Assembly: GCA_000165425.1 (NCBI GenBank)
Contig: CT867989.1
Span: 186,001 to 250,000, forward strand
Reading direction: 5' to 3'
Source: Paramecium tetraurelia
Taxonomy: Eukaryota
Length of the DNA stretch: 64,000 nucleotides
The position numbers and the translations under genes are program-made. The notes beneath the pieces were generated by a model. That model ran no database searches and was not told the origin of the DNA. It worked only from the letters and a program-made list of their open reading frames with translations. Of the stretch, positions 26,681 to 40,005 are shown one piece after another. Each line of letters opens with the position of its first letter. Position 1 is the first letter of the stretch.

Positions 26681-26731
26681 ATTAAAAATCAATTGCATTT
26701 TTCTAATATTTAATAGGAATATTATATAATC

Positions 26732-27446
26732 TCATTTCTGTTTTTTTTATTTACCAATAGACTAAATATCAACAAATGGAGATGCTGGTTTCACATCAAC
26801 TCTACCCAAAGTTCTGTTTATTTCAGCTATTTGTGGCAAAGCTTGAACTTACTTAAACCTATTAATAAAGAATTATTATATAAAATTTATACCATCTAAA
26901 GAAATGAACATACTTTCCAGCTTTTTGTTCGTCATTCCATGTAGACACTACGTCATATGTATGAATGTATAGAAATAAATCTGCTAGGGTCACATGATTA
27001 GTAGCGAAAAATACTCTGCTTTCTAAATGTTTCAGGAAAGCCTAAATTTAACGCTATTAGTACTTCGACTAAATCTTCTCCTTATATCTTTCTTTGTGCT
27101 TCGAAGACTTATAACACCTATCATTTTATCATCAAATTGTACTTGCCCCAATGTTTAATTATCTGCGCCAATGAGAATTCTTTCTGTAAATGAAATATTA
27201 GTTAAGTATCTATATTGCTATTTTTTATAATTACTGTGCAATGGAGAATACATTTGTTAAAATTTAGGCATCCTCTGTTACCAATGATGGAATGGAAGGA
27301 ATTTTGATTATGCCTTCTTCATTTAATTTTAATGCTTGATTTGATAGCGCCACAAGTTTTACTCTTGCTGTTGAAACCAATCTAGTGTAATGTGCCAAGA
27401 GAGTTAGGAATTATGAATTTAAATCTGTTGATAAGAACAACTCCAT
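26732..27446 (-). CDS. GST-C-like domain protein (Arc1p-N/AIMP3-like synthetase cofactor)
   Basis: LKHLESRVFFATNHVTLADLFLY...HFFRWFKQVQ GST C-terminal signature. Confidence 0.7.
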
Positions 27447-27662
27447 TAATTAATATAATTTATATCTTTATTTTAAACATAATTCAAAGTACTTCATCAA
27501 ATATTCCTGCATTCAATATTATATTATTTATTTGATCAATTTGAATGATATAAATAACCTGCTATATATTGTAATAACTTATTAATTAGATGGCAATAAT
27601 TCTATTAAATATTTAGTAAATGAAAAAGAAAATTAAATGTGAATGCTAAACATAATTTAAAA

Positions 27663-28457
27663 ATGAAATTACCTATTTAATGGAATTACATGGCATTCAC
27701 ACTGCTTTCACTAATAATTCTAATAATGGATATTATTCTTATGGCGAATTAAACTTTAAAACCTGTGTGGGGCTCATTCGTCATGATTGTTGCAATTGGG
27801 ATTATTCTTTATTTGCTCTATTTAGGTTATTAAGGGTATCGTATCGATTCAATACAAAAGTTAGTTTTAATAGGTCCAAGTGGAGTTGGTAAGACACTTA
27901 CATATAATTATTTATAATGCACAAACATTTCTTCATATTAAGGGTTTACAATTGGAACCTCTGAAGAACTCTGTGTTGTTGACACTCCTGATTTTGATCT
28001 AGAATCCACCATAGAAATCAGAGAGAAAAGAATCACATAATTTTAAGAGTTCTTTATAAAAAATCAAAATTCTATTAGAGCATTTTTAGTGGTGGTTAAT
28101 TTTGAAAGGACAGATTTAATGAAAGCAAAGATCTTAAAAACTATCAAGTATTTGAATAAGCTTAATTCTAATCTTTTTTTATTGGTTACAAACTTTGAAT
28201 TGAGTGAAAACTAAATTGAAGATGAAGAGAGTCTAAAAAAAGCATTTGGTTTCTTTCATTTTGAAAAAATTTTATTTCATGATAAGGAAATAAATAATAC
28301 AGGGTTGAAATAGAAATTATTGTAAATAATGAATACAACCCCTCAAAAAGAAATAAATTTGAAAGATACGATTTTTGAAAAATATGGGGATACGCAAGAT
28401 TAGTAAATTCTTTAATAAATTACTAATTAAGTGAATTAAAAACAGTAATTAATTTGA
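27663..28457 (+). CDS. Membrane-anchored P-loop GTPase-like protein (AIG1-like, degenerate)
   Basis: 264 aa intronless; two N-terminal TM helices; LVLIGPSGVGKT Walker A; VVDTPD at G3; LVTNFE at G4. Confidence 0.75.
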
Positions 28458-28586
28458 ATTATTTTAGAAATCTTAAAGACAACTTATTGAGAATTTGATT
28501 TATTATTAATATCCTAAACAGCATTGTTAATTATGATTAATTATATGCATAGAAAAATTTAAGCGAATAAAAACAATTAATACAAA

Positions 28587-29639
28587 TCAACTTTACTATT
28601 CAGCAGCTCTTCTAGTGGCCAATCTTTCTAATTCATTTATTAAGACTAATTCTTATCTTCTTCCTGCAGTAACAGCTTCATATTCTACTTCAAAACTGTG
28701 GCATAAATCATTTGCATCCTCCAATAAGTTTTAATTTCTTGATCTTCTGTTTATGGCGGCTTAAGCAACAGCAGTTTATACTGAAATAACTCCTTCAGTT
28801 GATTCTAATTTAGCTACCAATCTTGATTTAGCTTTGTCTAATCTGTCTTAAGTTGTAGTGTACAACTCCTTTTGACCCATAAATTATTAAAGTGCTAATT
28901 AATTTTAAGTTGTATATTCAGTCCATGCAGTTTCAACAGCTCCTCTCAAAGTTTGGAGTAACTAAACAAGTCTTTCAGCAGCACTTGCATCATCCTCTTA
29001 TGTGATAGCAGCCAAAGCAGCCATTGGTTATCTAAATTCTTAGATTAATTTGGTTGCCAAAGCTGATTTCAATAGTTTAGTTGAAAGTTCAGCTACTTAA
29101 GCTAAACTGACTTATCCCTTAGCTAAAGCGGTTGCCAAATCGATTGAATCATCAATAGCGTTGATTGCATCATTGAATGATACAGCAGCTCTATTGTAGG
29201 ATTGAGTATCTTCTTTTCTGGCTGAATTAATCATTTCGATGTGTCTTGTTGCAGTGTTCAAAATCTCTTCAGTAGCATCAAGTGTTGCACTAGCCTTGCC
29301 TTTGATTATTTTGGCTGTTTTTAAAATGCCATTAGCACTTGTAAGTATGCTGTTGGCATCTTAAACTTCCTTTGATCTGTAATCGATTTCACTATCGCAT
29401 TCTGTTTTTTAAGCATTATAAACTTCATCATGAATTCCTTATTCTGAAGCAACTTCTGACTTGAATGCATTCAAAATGCCTTTGATTGAGTCAAGTGGAT
29501 TTCTGGCTTGGATTTTGCTTTCAACTTCTGTCATGATTGACATAATGTTTCTTTTATTTGAGTAGTTCAATGGATATTTTTAAACAAATCCTGCTTATGT
29601 TATCACTATAATAGCTAATATCCCAAATATTGCCTTCAT
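28587..29639 (-). CDS. Trichocyst matrix protein precursor, paralog of 22969-24021
   Basis: 350 aa, intronless; shares NAQKTECDSEI, FNDAINAIDDSIDLATALAKGQ, AERLVQLLQTLR, AGRRQELVL with the first copy. Confidence 0.85.
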
Positions 29640-29712
29640 TTAATATTAATTAATTGCATTGACCTATGATTAGAATTTGAAGCAACTTTCTTGAAAAACG
29701 GGGAAAACATCC

Positions 29713-29746
29713 CTTTGAATTAACGTAAAGCTTTGAATTAACGTAA
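29713..29746. repeat. 16-bp perfect direct repeat upstream of TMP gene
   Basis: CTTTGAATTAACGTAA at 29713-29728 and 29731-29746. Confidence 0.85.
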
Positions 29747-30130
29747 GTGTTTATAATTAATTTAAATTCTATTGTACTAATAAAAATTTATCATTAAATG
29801 ATTTAAAAACAATAACGAATTTTTAAATAATTTGTTAATTTCTATGGAGAATAATGAACTTATAAAAATTGATATCAAATATTTAAATTGCTTGAAATGG
29901 TTGTATATTAAACCTATTTATTTACTTTCTTGAGAAATATAAAGAATCTACTAATATAGGTCTTACAATATTTTCTGACTTTTATTAGATTGTTAAAATT
30001 AAACTATTTACCTTGTATTAGAATAGGAAAATCAGGAAAGATCATGTAAAACTGATTATTCAATAATCTAATAAAAATGATATCAATATTTAGAAATAAA
30101 TATATAATTTATTTTTCAAATGAATTAATT

Positions 30131-31508
30131 ATGTTAAGATTATTTTATAAGCTTCGGTAATTTCAATTTTCTACAACATAATTTGATCCTTACGTTGAAT
30201 TAGGTCTCAATTCTTCAGCAACTATGTAAGAGATCAAGGATGCTTATATTAGATTGAGTAAACAATGTAAGAAATGTGATTATGCTTTAAGACCATCCTG
30301 ATATTAATAAATAACATGATTCTCAAGAAAAGTTTAAAAGAATAGCTGAAGCTTACAATATTCTGAAGAAAACTAAATTTGAAGAGTAAATGAAAGAAGA
30401 GTTTAAATAATAATACTATTCTGCTTAATCGGAAGAATAATTATTTATGGATGTCTTTGGCTTCTATTTTCATGAAAAACCTCAAGAATACTATAAGCCT
30501 GAGAATGCACAAAAAAGACACTAGTATTAAGAAATGCTAAAAAAATTCAAGCGATAAAACAATTCATCCTAGGATAATCAATCAGAATCTCAATATCAAA
30601 AACGAGATTTCTCTGATATAAAGATCAATAGAAAATTTGAGGGTCATTAGGGGACTAAAACGAATCCATAGCAAATATACACATTGATTGCGATTTGTAG
30701 CATTGCAATGGGTGGCATTGCTTTTTATATAACAATGTTGAGAAAGGCCCCAGAGTTGTAAAAAGAAGTGATTAACAATTAATAAATTAGTATCTTAAGA
30801 TAATAAACGTAATTAAGACATCAATAAGAAATAGATAATATTAAATAAATGTACTCAAATATAAATTAAACTATGTTACGATTCGATCCCAAGTGCAATT
30901 CTCTTGATATGCTATTCAATTATACAATATTTCCTGATCTAGAATTTTACTATGTAAGTCCAGAATTATTTTATTCTGATGAGAAATTCTTTTTAAAATC
31001 AAACCAATTTGAAAAAAATCCTATGAGAAAATCAAAATTAAATTACAGAATTACTCACGCAATAGAGGCAGAGAGAAGTTTATAGAGTATCTTTGTGCCT
31101 GTTAAAGAAGTCTTGAACTAAATAGAATTAAATGGAGAATATACACCTCCAGGTATCTTTATGCAATTTTATGGTTATCTGTATTTCAAAATCAGACGCA
31201 AACCTATTATTATAGAAAATTTAATAAAATCAAAAGAATATATATCTCTATTTGACCTTTATTTTCATTACTAAACTCCTTTACCCTACTACTATGATAC
31301 CCTCAATGAATTTCAAATATTCAATGATGCAGGCAATACACTCAGTCATTGGGAAGGGAATGTTTATTTTAGTACTAAGTCATTAGACAGATTTTACTTA
31401 AAAGGGAATGTCAAGAATATATTTATGCAAAGACCTCTATAGGGTAGTGAAACAGAATAAATGTATATGTTGGCATGGGGAAATCATTTCGAACATTTTT
31501 AAACATGA
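30131..31508 (+). CDS. DnaJ-domain protein, probably mitochondrial membrane
   Basis: MLRLFYKLRQFQFST presequence-like; DPYVELGL..IKDAYIRLSKQYHPD..IAEAYNIL; one TM segment. Confidence 0.8.
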
Positions 31509-31716
31509 ATTCTTATTAAGATTGTTTTATTATAGCCAAATATCTATATGTTTTGTTTTAACTAAATTTTATTTTTGTTAAACGTGTTAAATTATAATCA
31601 ATAACTTGTTGTATTCTTCAATAGTATCTTATATTCCTTTTATATTATTTTAATATAACTATTTTATTTGTTTTTTTAATAGATAAATTAGTTAATTAAA
31701 AAATCGAATAATAAAA

Positions 31717-32724
31717 TCATTAATTAATTTAGTTGATTAAAGGAATATCTTAAAGAAATGAATTTTCGGAAAGTTATCCTGCTGATAAATAGTACCCACG
31801 TTTTGTATCCAAATGTGATCTACCTGTAAACAACTTTTAGCTGCTTACCTAAAGCAAACCTTAAAACTAATGGCTCATTATCGAATTATGATTATTAGTT
31901 TGATGGTTCGATTTAGATAAGATTAAAAGACTTGTCTTATTGGGAACACTGTCAATTAATTAAGTGGAGGGTTCTGATAAGACTTTCAACATACTAGAGT
32001 ACTCTTATTGTAGTGTTGAGATCTGATTTTCCAATTGATCATATTCATTAATTGAAAATTGAAGATCTGATGAAAATGAGTTCTTATTTAGGAAATTCTC
32101 CCACAATCGATAGACCTTTTGCTTATAAATTAATTTGAGTGTTGGATCTCCTAATGACACCAATATACAGGTTGGAGATACATCAAAGTTAACAAGAATG
32201 AAGGAATCTTGCTTAGTAAATTTGATTCTCTTATTGCCCTTTTGTGTGTTTATAAATTTAAGAAGACAGTTAATAAACTGTTAATTTTTAGGTAAATTTA
32301 AGAGAGAAGCACAACTCCACATGCCAGTCACTAATTATTCTGAATTTAGTATAATTCTTTGTCTATCATCAAAACTTATAGTTCCAGATGTCATGTTGTA
32401 TCGATTTTAAAATGCTTCATTCTGAATGTATTAAAATTAATGGTCTATAACTTAGAAATTGAGCTAAGGCCCATAAATACTAATTTGTCCATTTAAAACT
32501 AGCAATTATATGATGGAATTATTTAATTAAGCCTCATCATATACCACTGGAAATGTATTGCCTTTCACAATTTCATTACCATTAAAATTGACACTTCTAA
32601 TCTTGGTTGCAGTCAATAATTCTTGAGCTAATTATTCTCCTATTGTTAATTAATCATAGCCTATCTTCCAATCCAGTTTTTAGAGATTTTGGATAAATTT
32701 GGCACCTTCCACATATTAATACAT
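31717..32724 (-). CDS. Hypothetical protein, 335 aa, intronless
   Basis: Continuous code-6 frame MYQYVEGAKFIQ... to TGA. Confidence 0.7.
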
Positions 32725-32819
32725 TCGTTAATTAATTAATTAAGAGATTTTTTAGCAATAGAATTCAAAAATAGTATATTATAACAATACAATTTAGAAT
32801 TTACTAAATATGATTGATA

Positions 32820-34029
32820 TCAATTCTTAATAGCTCTTGCATCTCTCCAGATCTTGCCTTGTGATTCAATGGCCTTAGGCAAAGTTACAAAAGTATTTCC
32901 AGTTCTATTAATGTAAAAATTTCCTTCTTAACTTATTTACTATAAACAAACACCCTAATTGTCACTATTCAATAAAAATAAACAATATTACAATATCTGA
33001 ACAGTCTTCTAATTACTAGCCCCAATAATCCTATCTCCAGTTTCATTAAAAGATATTGTATAAACCTAACCTGGAAAATCTTATAACTCTGCAACAAAAC
33101 TGCCATCAATCAAATTGTAGATTCTACCTGTATTATCGTTTGAGCCGGTGACAATTTATGTACCTAGAGCTTAGAATATAAAATCAATACCTTATTTATT
33201 AAAGGCCAAGTCTTTGATAAAATTTGTATGTCCCTACAGGTTAAAAAGAGGATTTCCTGGATTCCTTATATCCCAAACATTCGCATCACTAAAAATACTA
33301 AGATATTATTAAACTTGTCATGCGCCCCTGTTGCACACAAGTATCCAGACTAGGCAAATTTACATACTTCTATTCCTTTGGTGTGTTTTTATAATTTACA
33401 AATTATTTGGCCATCTTTTGGATCCCAAATCTTATCAATTTATAAATGAAGTATACAAGTGCATCATTTTCATAACTGGATGATAAAATTTTGTCTCCTT
33501 CTGCATTAAAGCTAAAACTTGTTGGTGTTTGCTGATGCTTTTCAAAGTCGAGGGTTAATTTTCCTGATAAAACATCCCAAATCTTGATCTTCATATTCTA
33601 ACATCCCGTTGCGGCAATTGTTGATTATGGATTAAATCCTCCAATATATACAAAATGTAGATGGCCATTCAATTAATGCAGGCAATTTCCAGTCTCGAGG
33701 TCTATAATCTTTGCTTGATGATCTGCTGAACCTACTAATGCTTTATCACTTAAATTTTTAAATAAAATACTTAGTTCTATTCAAATCAAGGAGACCAATA
33801 AACTTCGTAAACAGATCGAAATTCCTTATAGTTCTTCCGGAGTCGGAATCTACATACACCAGCTTTTCATTATTCTCATACAATATCCTAGTTGAATAAT
33901 TTAGTTGTTATACTTTTAACCATCGTCAGATATAACTAAAGATGTTGGGAATTCATAATGCAATTTAAAGACATTTCCAACTTAAAATGGTAAATTTCTA
34001 GGAAATTGAGTGGGCCTTTCTTCTTCCAT
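32820..34029 (-). CDS. WD40-repeat protein (divergent DAW1/ODA16-like)
   Basis: Repeated GH...IWD units (LNGH..KIKIWD, SFSFNAEGDKILSSS, GSNDNTGRIY); multiple tiny introns. Confidence 0.7.
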
Positions 34030-34166
34030 GAATCTTTCTTATTAATAGATATTTTAATATATGTGTGATTTAATACTATTGTATTTTTATTTAATGAAGT
34101 ATTTGATAGAAAATCATTATAGAAATAATTAATAAATATTGAGTATAGAATGTATAAATGATTAGA

Positions 34167-36782
34167 TCAACCAGCAGTTCTTTCATTATTTAGACACCCT
34201 TGTTTGATCAAATGATTTTTCCATGTGTTTTTCTCCAATTTCAAATCTTAATGACACAAAGGACATCTCACTGTTGTATTATCATTTCTGCCTCTGCAAT
34301 CCTCCAAATGTCTATGTTTTATAGAGTTTTTACTTGTCATAACCACTCAATAGAATAGCCTCTTTGCATTTGGGACATCTCTTAAACTTCCTCTTATGAT
34401 CGCATTCACTCAACAAATGATTAGTTAATTCTGCTATCTCGATTACTTGTCCACATTATGAACATGTAACTAACATAGGACATTCTGACCAAAGATGCTT
34501 ATCTATTTGATCTGAATCTCTGAAGGAGGGATCAACTCTATCGCAATAATCGCATTTGGCTGTATTATGTTAGTCATATTATTATTATTGTTATTATTAT
34601 TATTATTATTTTTATTACTACTATGGTTTTTAATTCTATGTCTGATTCTGATTCCCCTTTTTGGCTCCTTAAGTTTCAATATTAGTTTGAATGATTGCTC
34701 TTTATTAATTGGCTTAAGGTTGATGATCATCAATATCCCCACCTCCATCGATTTTGTTAAAGAAATCTTCTAACACATCCAATTGGGCTTATCTTACATT
34801 TGTCAAAGATTGCTTAAGTCTATTCCCAGAAAACTTATACACCTCTACCAGCAGTAAGATGGCTTAAGTTCTAATGGGTTCATTCTAAAACAATGTAATA
34901 ATAGAATACTTTATCATCCAACAATTTCACTGCAAAATCAACAATGGGTTAATATGGCATATTAGCATTATTGATTTCATATCTCTTCACTAGTTCTGTT
35001 AACATAGCCAATCTTCCGACGATATGCTTAGTAGAACTTTGCAGTTTTTATTTTCCAACAAAACCTTTAATTAAATGCTAGACACAAATAGCTGGACCAA
35101 CAGATGGATGATCTGCCATCTATAAGAATGCATTCTCAGCTTATTCCTTTCTTTATTCTCCTAACTTTTCCATTAGTGATTATAAGATCCCATCAACATG
35201 TTCGTTGAATTCTGCACTTTTATTTATTTTTATTTTTGGATGTTTTGCAAGCAGAGATTGTAATACACTTTAAACTTCTAATTGAAACAGCTGCAACTTT
35301 ATCACCCAAAGTATAATTTATAAGAAGCTATTGAACTCAAAAAGAAGATGGAAGGGATCCTATGAGTTGACTTAAGTTGGTCTACCAAATCTACTCTTCC
35401 AACCATTTTAATCCATCCTCTCTGGCTCCCCATTATTTACTGAATATTTTTTAACAGAATTCCTCTGTCAAAATTGGTATTAATGGTTCAGCTTTTTATA
35501 GACTCTCTCCTGTCAACGGCTCAGTTGTATCTTTAATTACAAATTCATCATACATTATTATTATTGCTATTTGTCATCATCAGGATATTGGTTATTATTT
35601 TGCTTTTTTAAGGCAGCAGGTACAATCATGTCTTCATGATGTTAATTCAATTCTTTTGCTACTCTTTTTTGCCTCATTTGTGATGGATCAGCTCTTTGTT
35701 CTTCAAATTACGATTATGAAATCATTTCTTCTCCTTATATTGGCATCTATGGTGGAGGAGCTTAATAAGGAGGAACAAAAGCCATTTAAGACTAAACAGG
35801 GGGTGGCTAATATTATTATTATTATTAATAGTATTATTATTGTTATTACTATTACTATTAGAATTATTATTATGGCTAATAAACAGGCTATTGATATTAC
35901 TAAATTATTTTGTAATATTACTGCACTATCTGGTCTTCGTATCATTGAATCTGGAGCTACGGCATTCCTTAACTTCTCAATTTCCTACTTGATAATGCTA
36001 GCTGAATCATAGTCTTCATTCTATATTGCCACTGCCTTTCTCTCTTCCAATGTTCTTAATTGAACTCCTATCTATTTTAACCTTTCTATAGCCTCTTTAA
36101 TCCTTTTGGCTTCCATGAAATCTTCTCTTGAGACAGCTATTCATTTTATTTTGGAAATATACCTTTGTCCTTGGCCTCCTCAAGCATTCGTAGTCTTTCA
36201 AGAGTATTTTGATCGAATTATGTTTCAAATTAAATTTCATTATAAAATTCTTTCTATTTCATCTATCCATATCCAGGAGGGGAATCAAGGGGTTCACCAA
36301 AGACTGACAAAGCAATAACACCAATTTGGTTGAAAAGATTAAATTTGTTCACGAAGCATTTTTGAAATACAAATTTCATGAATAAACATGGTGTGTCTAT
36401 ATATACACTTTTTAATTCTCTTGCCTGGTATCCTCCTCTCTCATTGGAATCCAGGGATAAATACCCCAATTTCTTATATTTGATTTGATTATATTGTGGA
36501 GGTATATTCTTATCTGGCATGTGAACATAAAGTTCAATCTAAACCAATTTGAATATATTATACCTTTGTAGAGATCTTGCAATGATGAGACAAGAATTGA
36601 ACCTGTCTAACTCTTGCTGCACTAACAAATTAAATTGCTATTTCTTGGGGATATTCACAATATTTGGGTGCTTGCCAACCTCTGCTTTATGGTGATTGCG
36701 TGAGTAATTCAGTCACAGGATAGTCTTAATCTTCACCTGAACAATACACAATCCTATATTTCAATTTAGAAACTCCTTTCAT
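34167..36782 (-). CDS. CEP104: Centrosomal/ciliary-tip protein CEP104
   Basis: N-terminal RGWQ..QFLSHHCKI..LGYLSLDSNE..QARELKSVY..NLFNQIG domain, TOG-like middle, C-terminal Zn-finger array (CPKCKEAI, RCPLCH). Confidence 0.88.
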
Positions 36783-37379
36783 AAAATAATATATTTATTG
36801 AAAATAAATTAAGTTCAACTATCAAAAATACTTTTCATGTATTCTTCAGAAGACATCTATTATGATGATTGTATATTTTTTCGAATATCTAAATTGAAAT
36901 GTTAGATTTTTAATTCATCTATAGTTTCTTTGCTTTAATTTCTTAAATATGCTTATAATATTTCTTTTATAAATTTTATTATTATTATTATTGTTAATTT
37001 TAAACTTCTACATCCTTACTTGTTTATACACGCATATTTAAAAGTTTGTTATCACATAAAGATATATTTTCTTATAAGATTCATCCAATTTAGTTAATGC
37101 ATAATATGTGTGATTATTTATAATTAAAGAATTAAATTTAACTCTTTCTTCAAATCTCTGATCTCCGTGGGTGTTTTTTGGATAGAGAAATTATTCAATA
37201 TGTTTTGATATTGGTGTGTAATTAATTTTATCAATCTAGTAGAGAGATTCAAATTCATTCATTTGAGTGATTGGGAAGTTCAACAAATATGAAAGGATTC
37301 CTTTGATGATACCAAAATGACATCAAAATCTGTCACTATAAATTTTAACAATAATAATAATAATATTTTTACATATATA

Positions 37380-39271
37380 TCAGATATCAAGTTATTTTAT
37401 TTTATTTCTTATTTCAATATAATGGCCATAGGTTAATCGGACAGGTTTGCCATCAGCAATTTATTCAATTTTTGAATCCACAGCAAATTCATAAGGATCC
37501 TCGAAACATTCTTAAATGAGAGAAGCCAACTAAAAGTAAGTGATCAAATAGTCAAGTAGAATTACACCACCTTCAATATCCATGGGCAACAATAGTTAAG
37601 TGTCCTGAATCACTATTTTGGATTCTATCGAATATTCGATTTCCTTAATAGCACATCTTAAGATAGAGTTTAAAATGATATAGAATGATTCATATTCAGT
37701 GAAGTTGTCGTCAAAAACAGCATCAAATTTCTTATCAACCACCAATAATTATTTTTGATCTGGATTTTACAATGACAACCAAACAGTATTGAATTATAGA
37801 GTGTATTTCTGATTATATTGATGGATAGCTGCACATAACTTGGTATATTAAGGATTCTGCATATATTATTAGAACTTTTCCAATCCAAGTGTATTTTGTC
37901 CGACCATCAATTCATTTAAACAATTCATCTTAATCATGATGTTCTTGTTCACTAAGAACATAAGCTTCTCCCTTAAATAAGGAGTTTAAACGAAACGATG
38001 CTTATCCATTAGAGCAGAAACCCTATACAAGTATCTACAGAAATTTAACTAAGCCAGAATAATGTAATCATTCTTCTTAGATTCGCTCCAACAGTCTTCC
38101 TCCCTCTAACTTGAATACTCTTGCTGCATCTATTGGCTTATTTAGGATTCCTTCCTTGACTCTTAGACTCTTTTGATTGATTTCAGTGGTTACTACATTA
38201 TTGATTATTGTGATTGTTTAACAATGACAGCATTCTCTTTGCCATAATTTGATTCTCTAGGTTGAAGTGATATGGATTGTTTGTTCTGAGTATCTCCCAA
38301 GGGAGTTGCAGCATTATTATTCTAAAGGAGATGAGGATGATTGTGTTGTTGATTACTCCTAAACATACTAGAGAACCCATTGCCTTTAATAGGCTAGAGT
38401 TCTTGTTTAGACAACCAAATATGGTTTTCCAATTCCTCCACAGTGGCTCTTCTGCTTTCATCTACTATCAAACATCTGTAAATAAAATCCTTGCATTCAT
38501 CTGATATGTGACCTGGGAATTGCACTGGAACAGTGGCCATCCTTTAAGCTAATTCTCTCTCACTCCCTGCTTACCAGGGCACTTACCCAAATAATAATTC
38601 GTAAAGACTTACACCCAAGGCCCAGATGTCCGATTTTTCAGAATATCTGTTTTTGAATGCTTGGGGACTCATATACAGGGGGGATCCAACATTGACATTG
38701 GGCATTGTGGCCGCAGTTTGAGGAGTGGTAGCGAATCCAAAGTCTGCTATTTTAGGAACAGACCCCTTGAGTAGGATGTTGGCGGGTTTGAGATCTCTAT
38801 GAACAATGCCTAATTAAATAGATTAATTGAGATACCCCGTTGTTTCATCTACTTGTAACCTTGGATGATGCCGTAGAATAGTTTTTGCATGTTCTGCTCT
38901 TTTTAGACTCCTGTTTTGGTTACCAGTTATCCCAAGTCTCCGGAGTCACAAAACTCGGTGATTAGATATGTATTGTTTTCAGTGTAGTACACCTTATATA
39001 ATCTCATGATATTTGGAGAATTGAGTTGGGATAAGGCTTCGACTTCGGATCTCAGGAGTTGATAGTGCAAAGGAGTCTTGAGTCCTTTTTTATCAATCAC
39101 CTTGATGGCGACAACCTCATGGGTTTCATCATTTCTGCCTTTGTAGACTATGGAACTAAAGCCCTTTCCGATGGCATCTGATAGGGCGTAACTGAAATTC
39201 TCTATAACTTTACGCGCGTTGCCTGGGATGGGTGTGGCAGGCATCTATCTTTATTGCTGTTAGACAAGCAT
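37380..39271 (-). CDS. Ser/Thr protein kinase (ULK/CAMK-like) with long C-terminal tail
   Basis: GKGFSSIVY, VAIK, HRDLKPANIL, DFG, NVGSPLYMSPQ, DIWALG. Confidence 0.9.
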
Positions 39272-39344
39272 AATAATTGTATATTTTTAATTTTTAATTT
39301 CAACGGTAAGTGAATAAATTAATTATTATCATGAAGGAAAAAAT

Positions 39345-39810
39345 TCATTTCCTTTTATTGGTCAAATTGCCTTTTTTTTATTTTTCTCGTTTAATCTCAT
39401 CGTAATCCAACAAGTCATCATCCTCCTTGATCAACTTCAAATACATTTTCACTTTGGTGCCATTGACTTCCACATATTGTTTATTCTGGAGTGGCTAAGA
39501 TTGGGATGTTGATAATTTGCTTTGAGTTTACTGAGGTTGAAGCAGAAATTAGGATGGAATCATAGACACATTCAAAGGGGAGACCGGAGACATCATTTAT
39601 TATTAGGACAACATGGGAGACATCTACATCTAAGGCATTTGCTGGAACTGTTGTTGCATCATCCAATAATTCCAAGGTTGGGGTGTCCTTTGAAAGTCCT
39701 ATAAATAATTACATCATTGGATAGCAGAACTATTGTTGAAACGGTTACTATTGTTGCTGTTGTTATTTGCTTTTGAGCATGGCTAAATAATCTTAATTTG
39801 GGAAACTCAT
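39345..39810 (-). CDS. Small Q/P/M-rich low-complexity protein
   Basis: MSFPNQDYLAMLK...; one 25-nt intron restores frame; basic C-terminus. Confidence 0.65.
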
Positions 39811-40005
39811 TAAAAAATATATATATAAAATATTTAATTTCAAATTTATTTTTACTTATATCTCATTCTAATCGCTTTTCTTAAGTAAGGTCATTTAAGA
39901 TTGCAGTCCTATCCACATTTCAATCAATAAACAAAAGATAATCATCAAAATAATAACACACATTTTTAATAATATATTAATATTCCAATATATATATTTA
40001 CAACA

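Noticed and set aside
34575..34625. (TTA)n trinucleotide runs here and at about 35800-35930, and the Leu/Ile-rich ORFs they produce
   Set aside because: They are poly-Gln tracts (TAA codons) inside CEP104 on the minus strand, not separate genes or repeat arrays.
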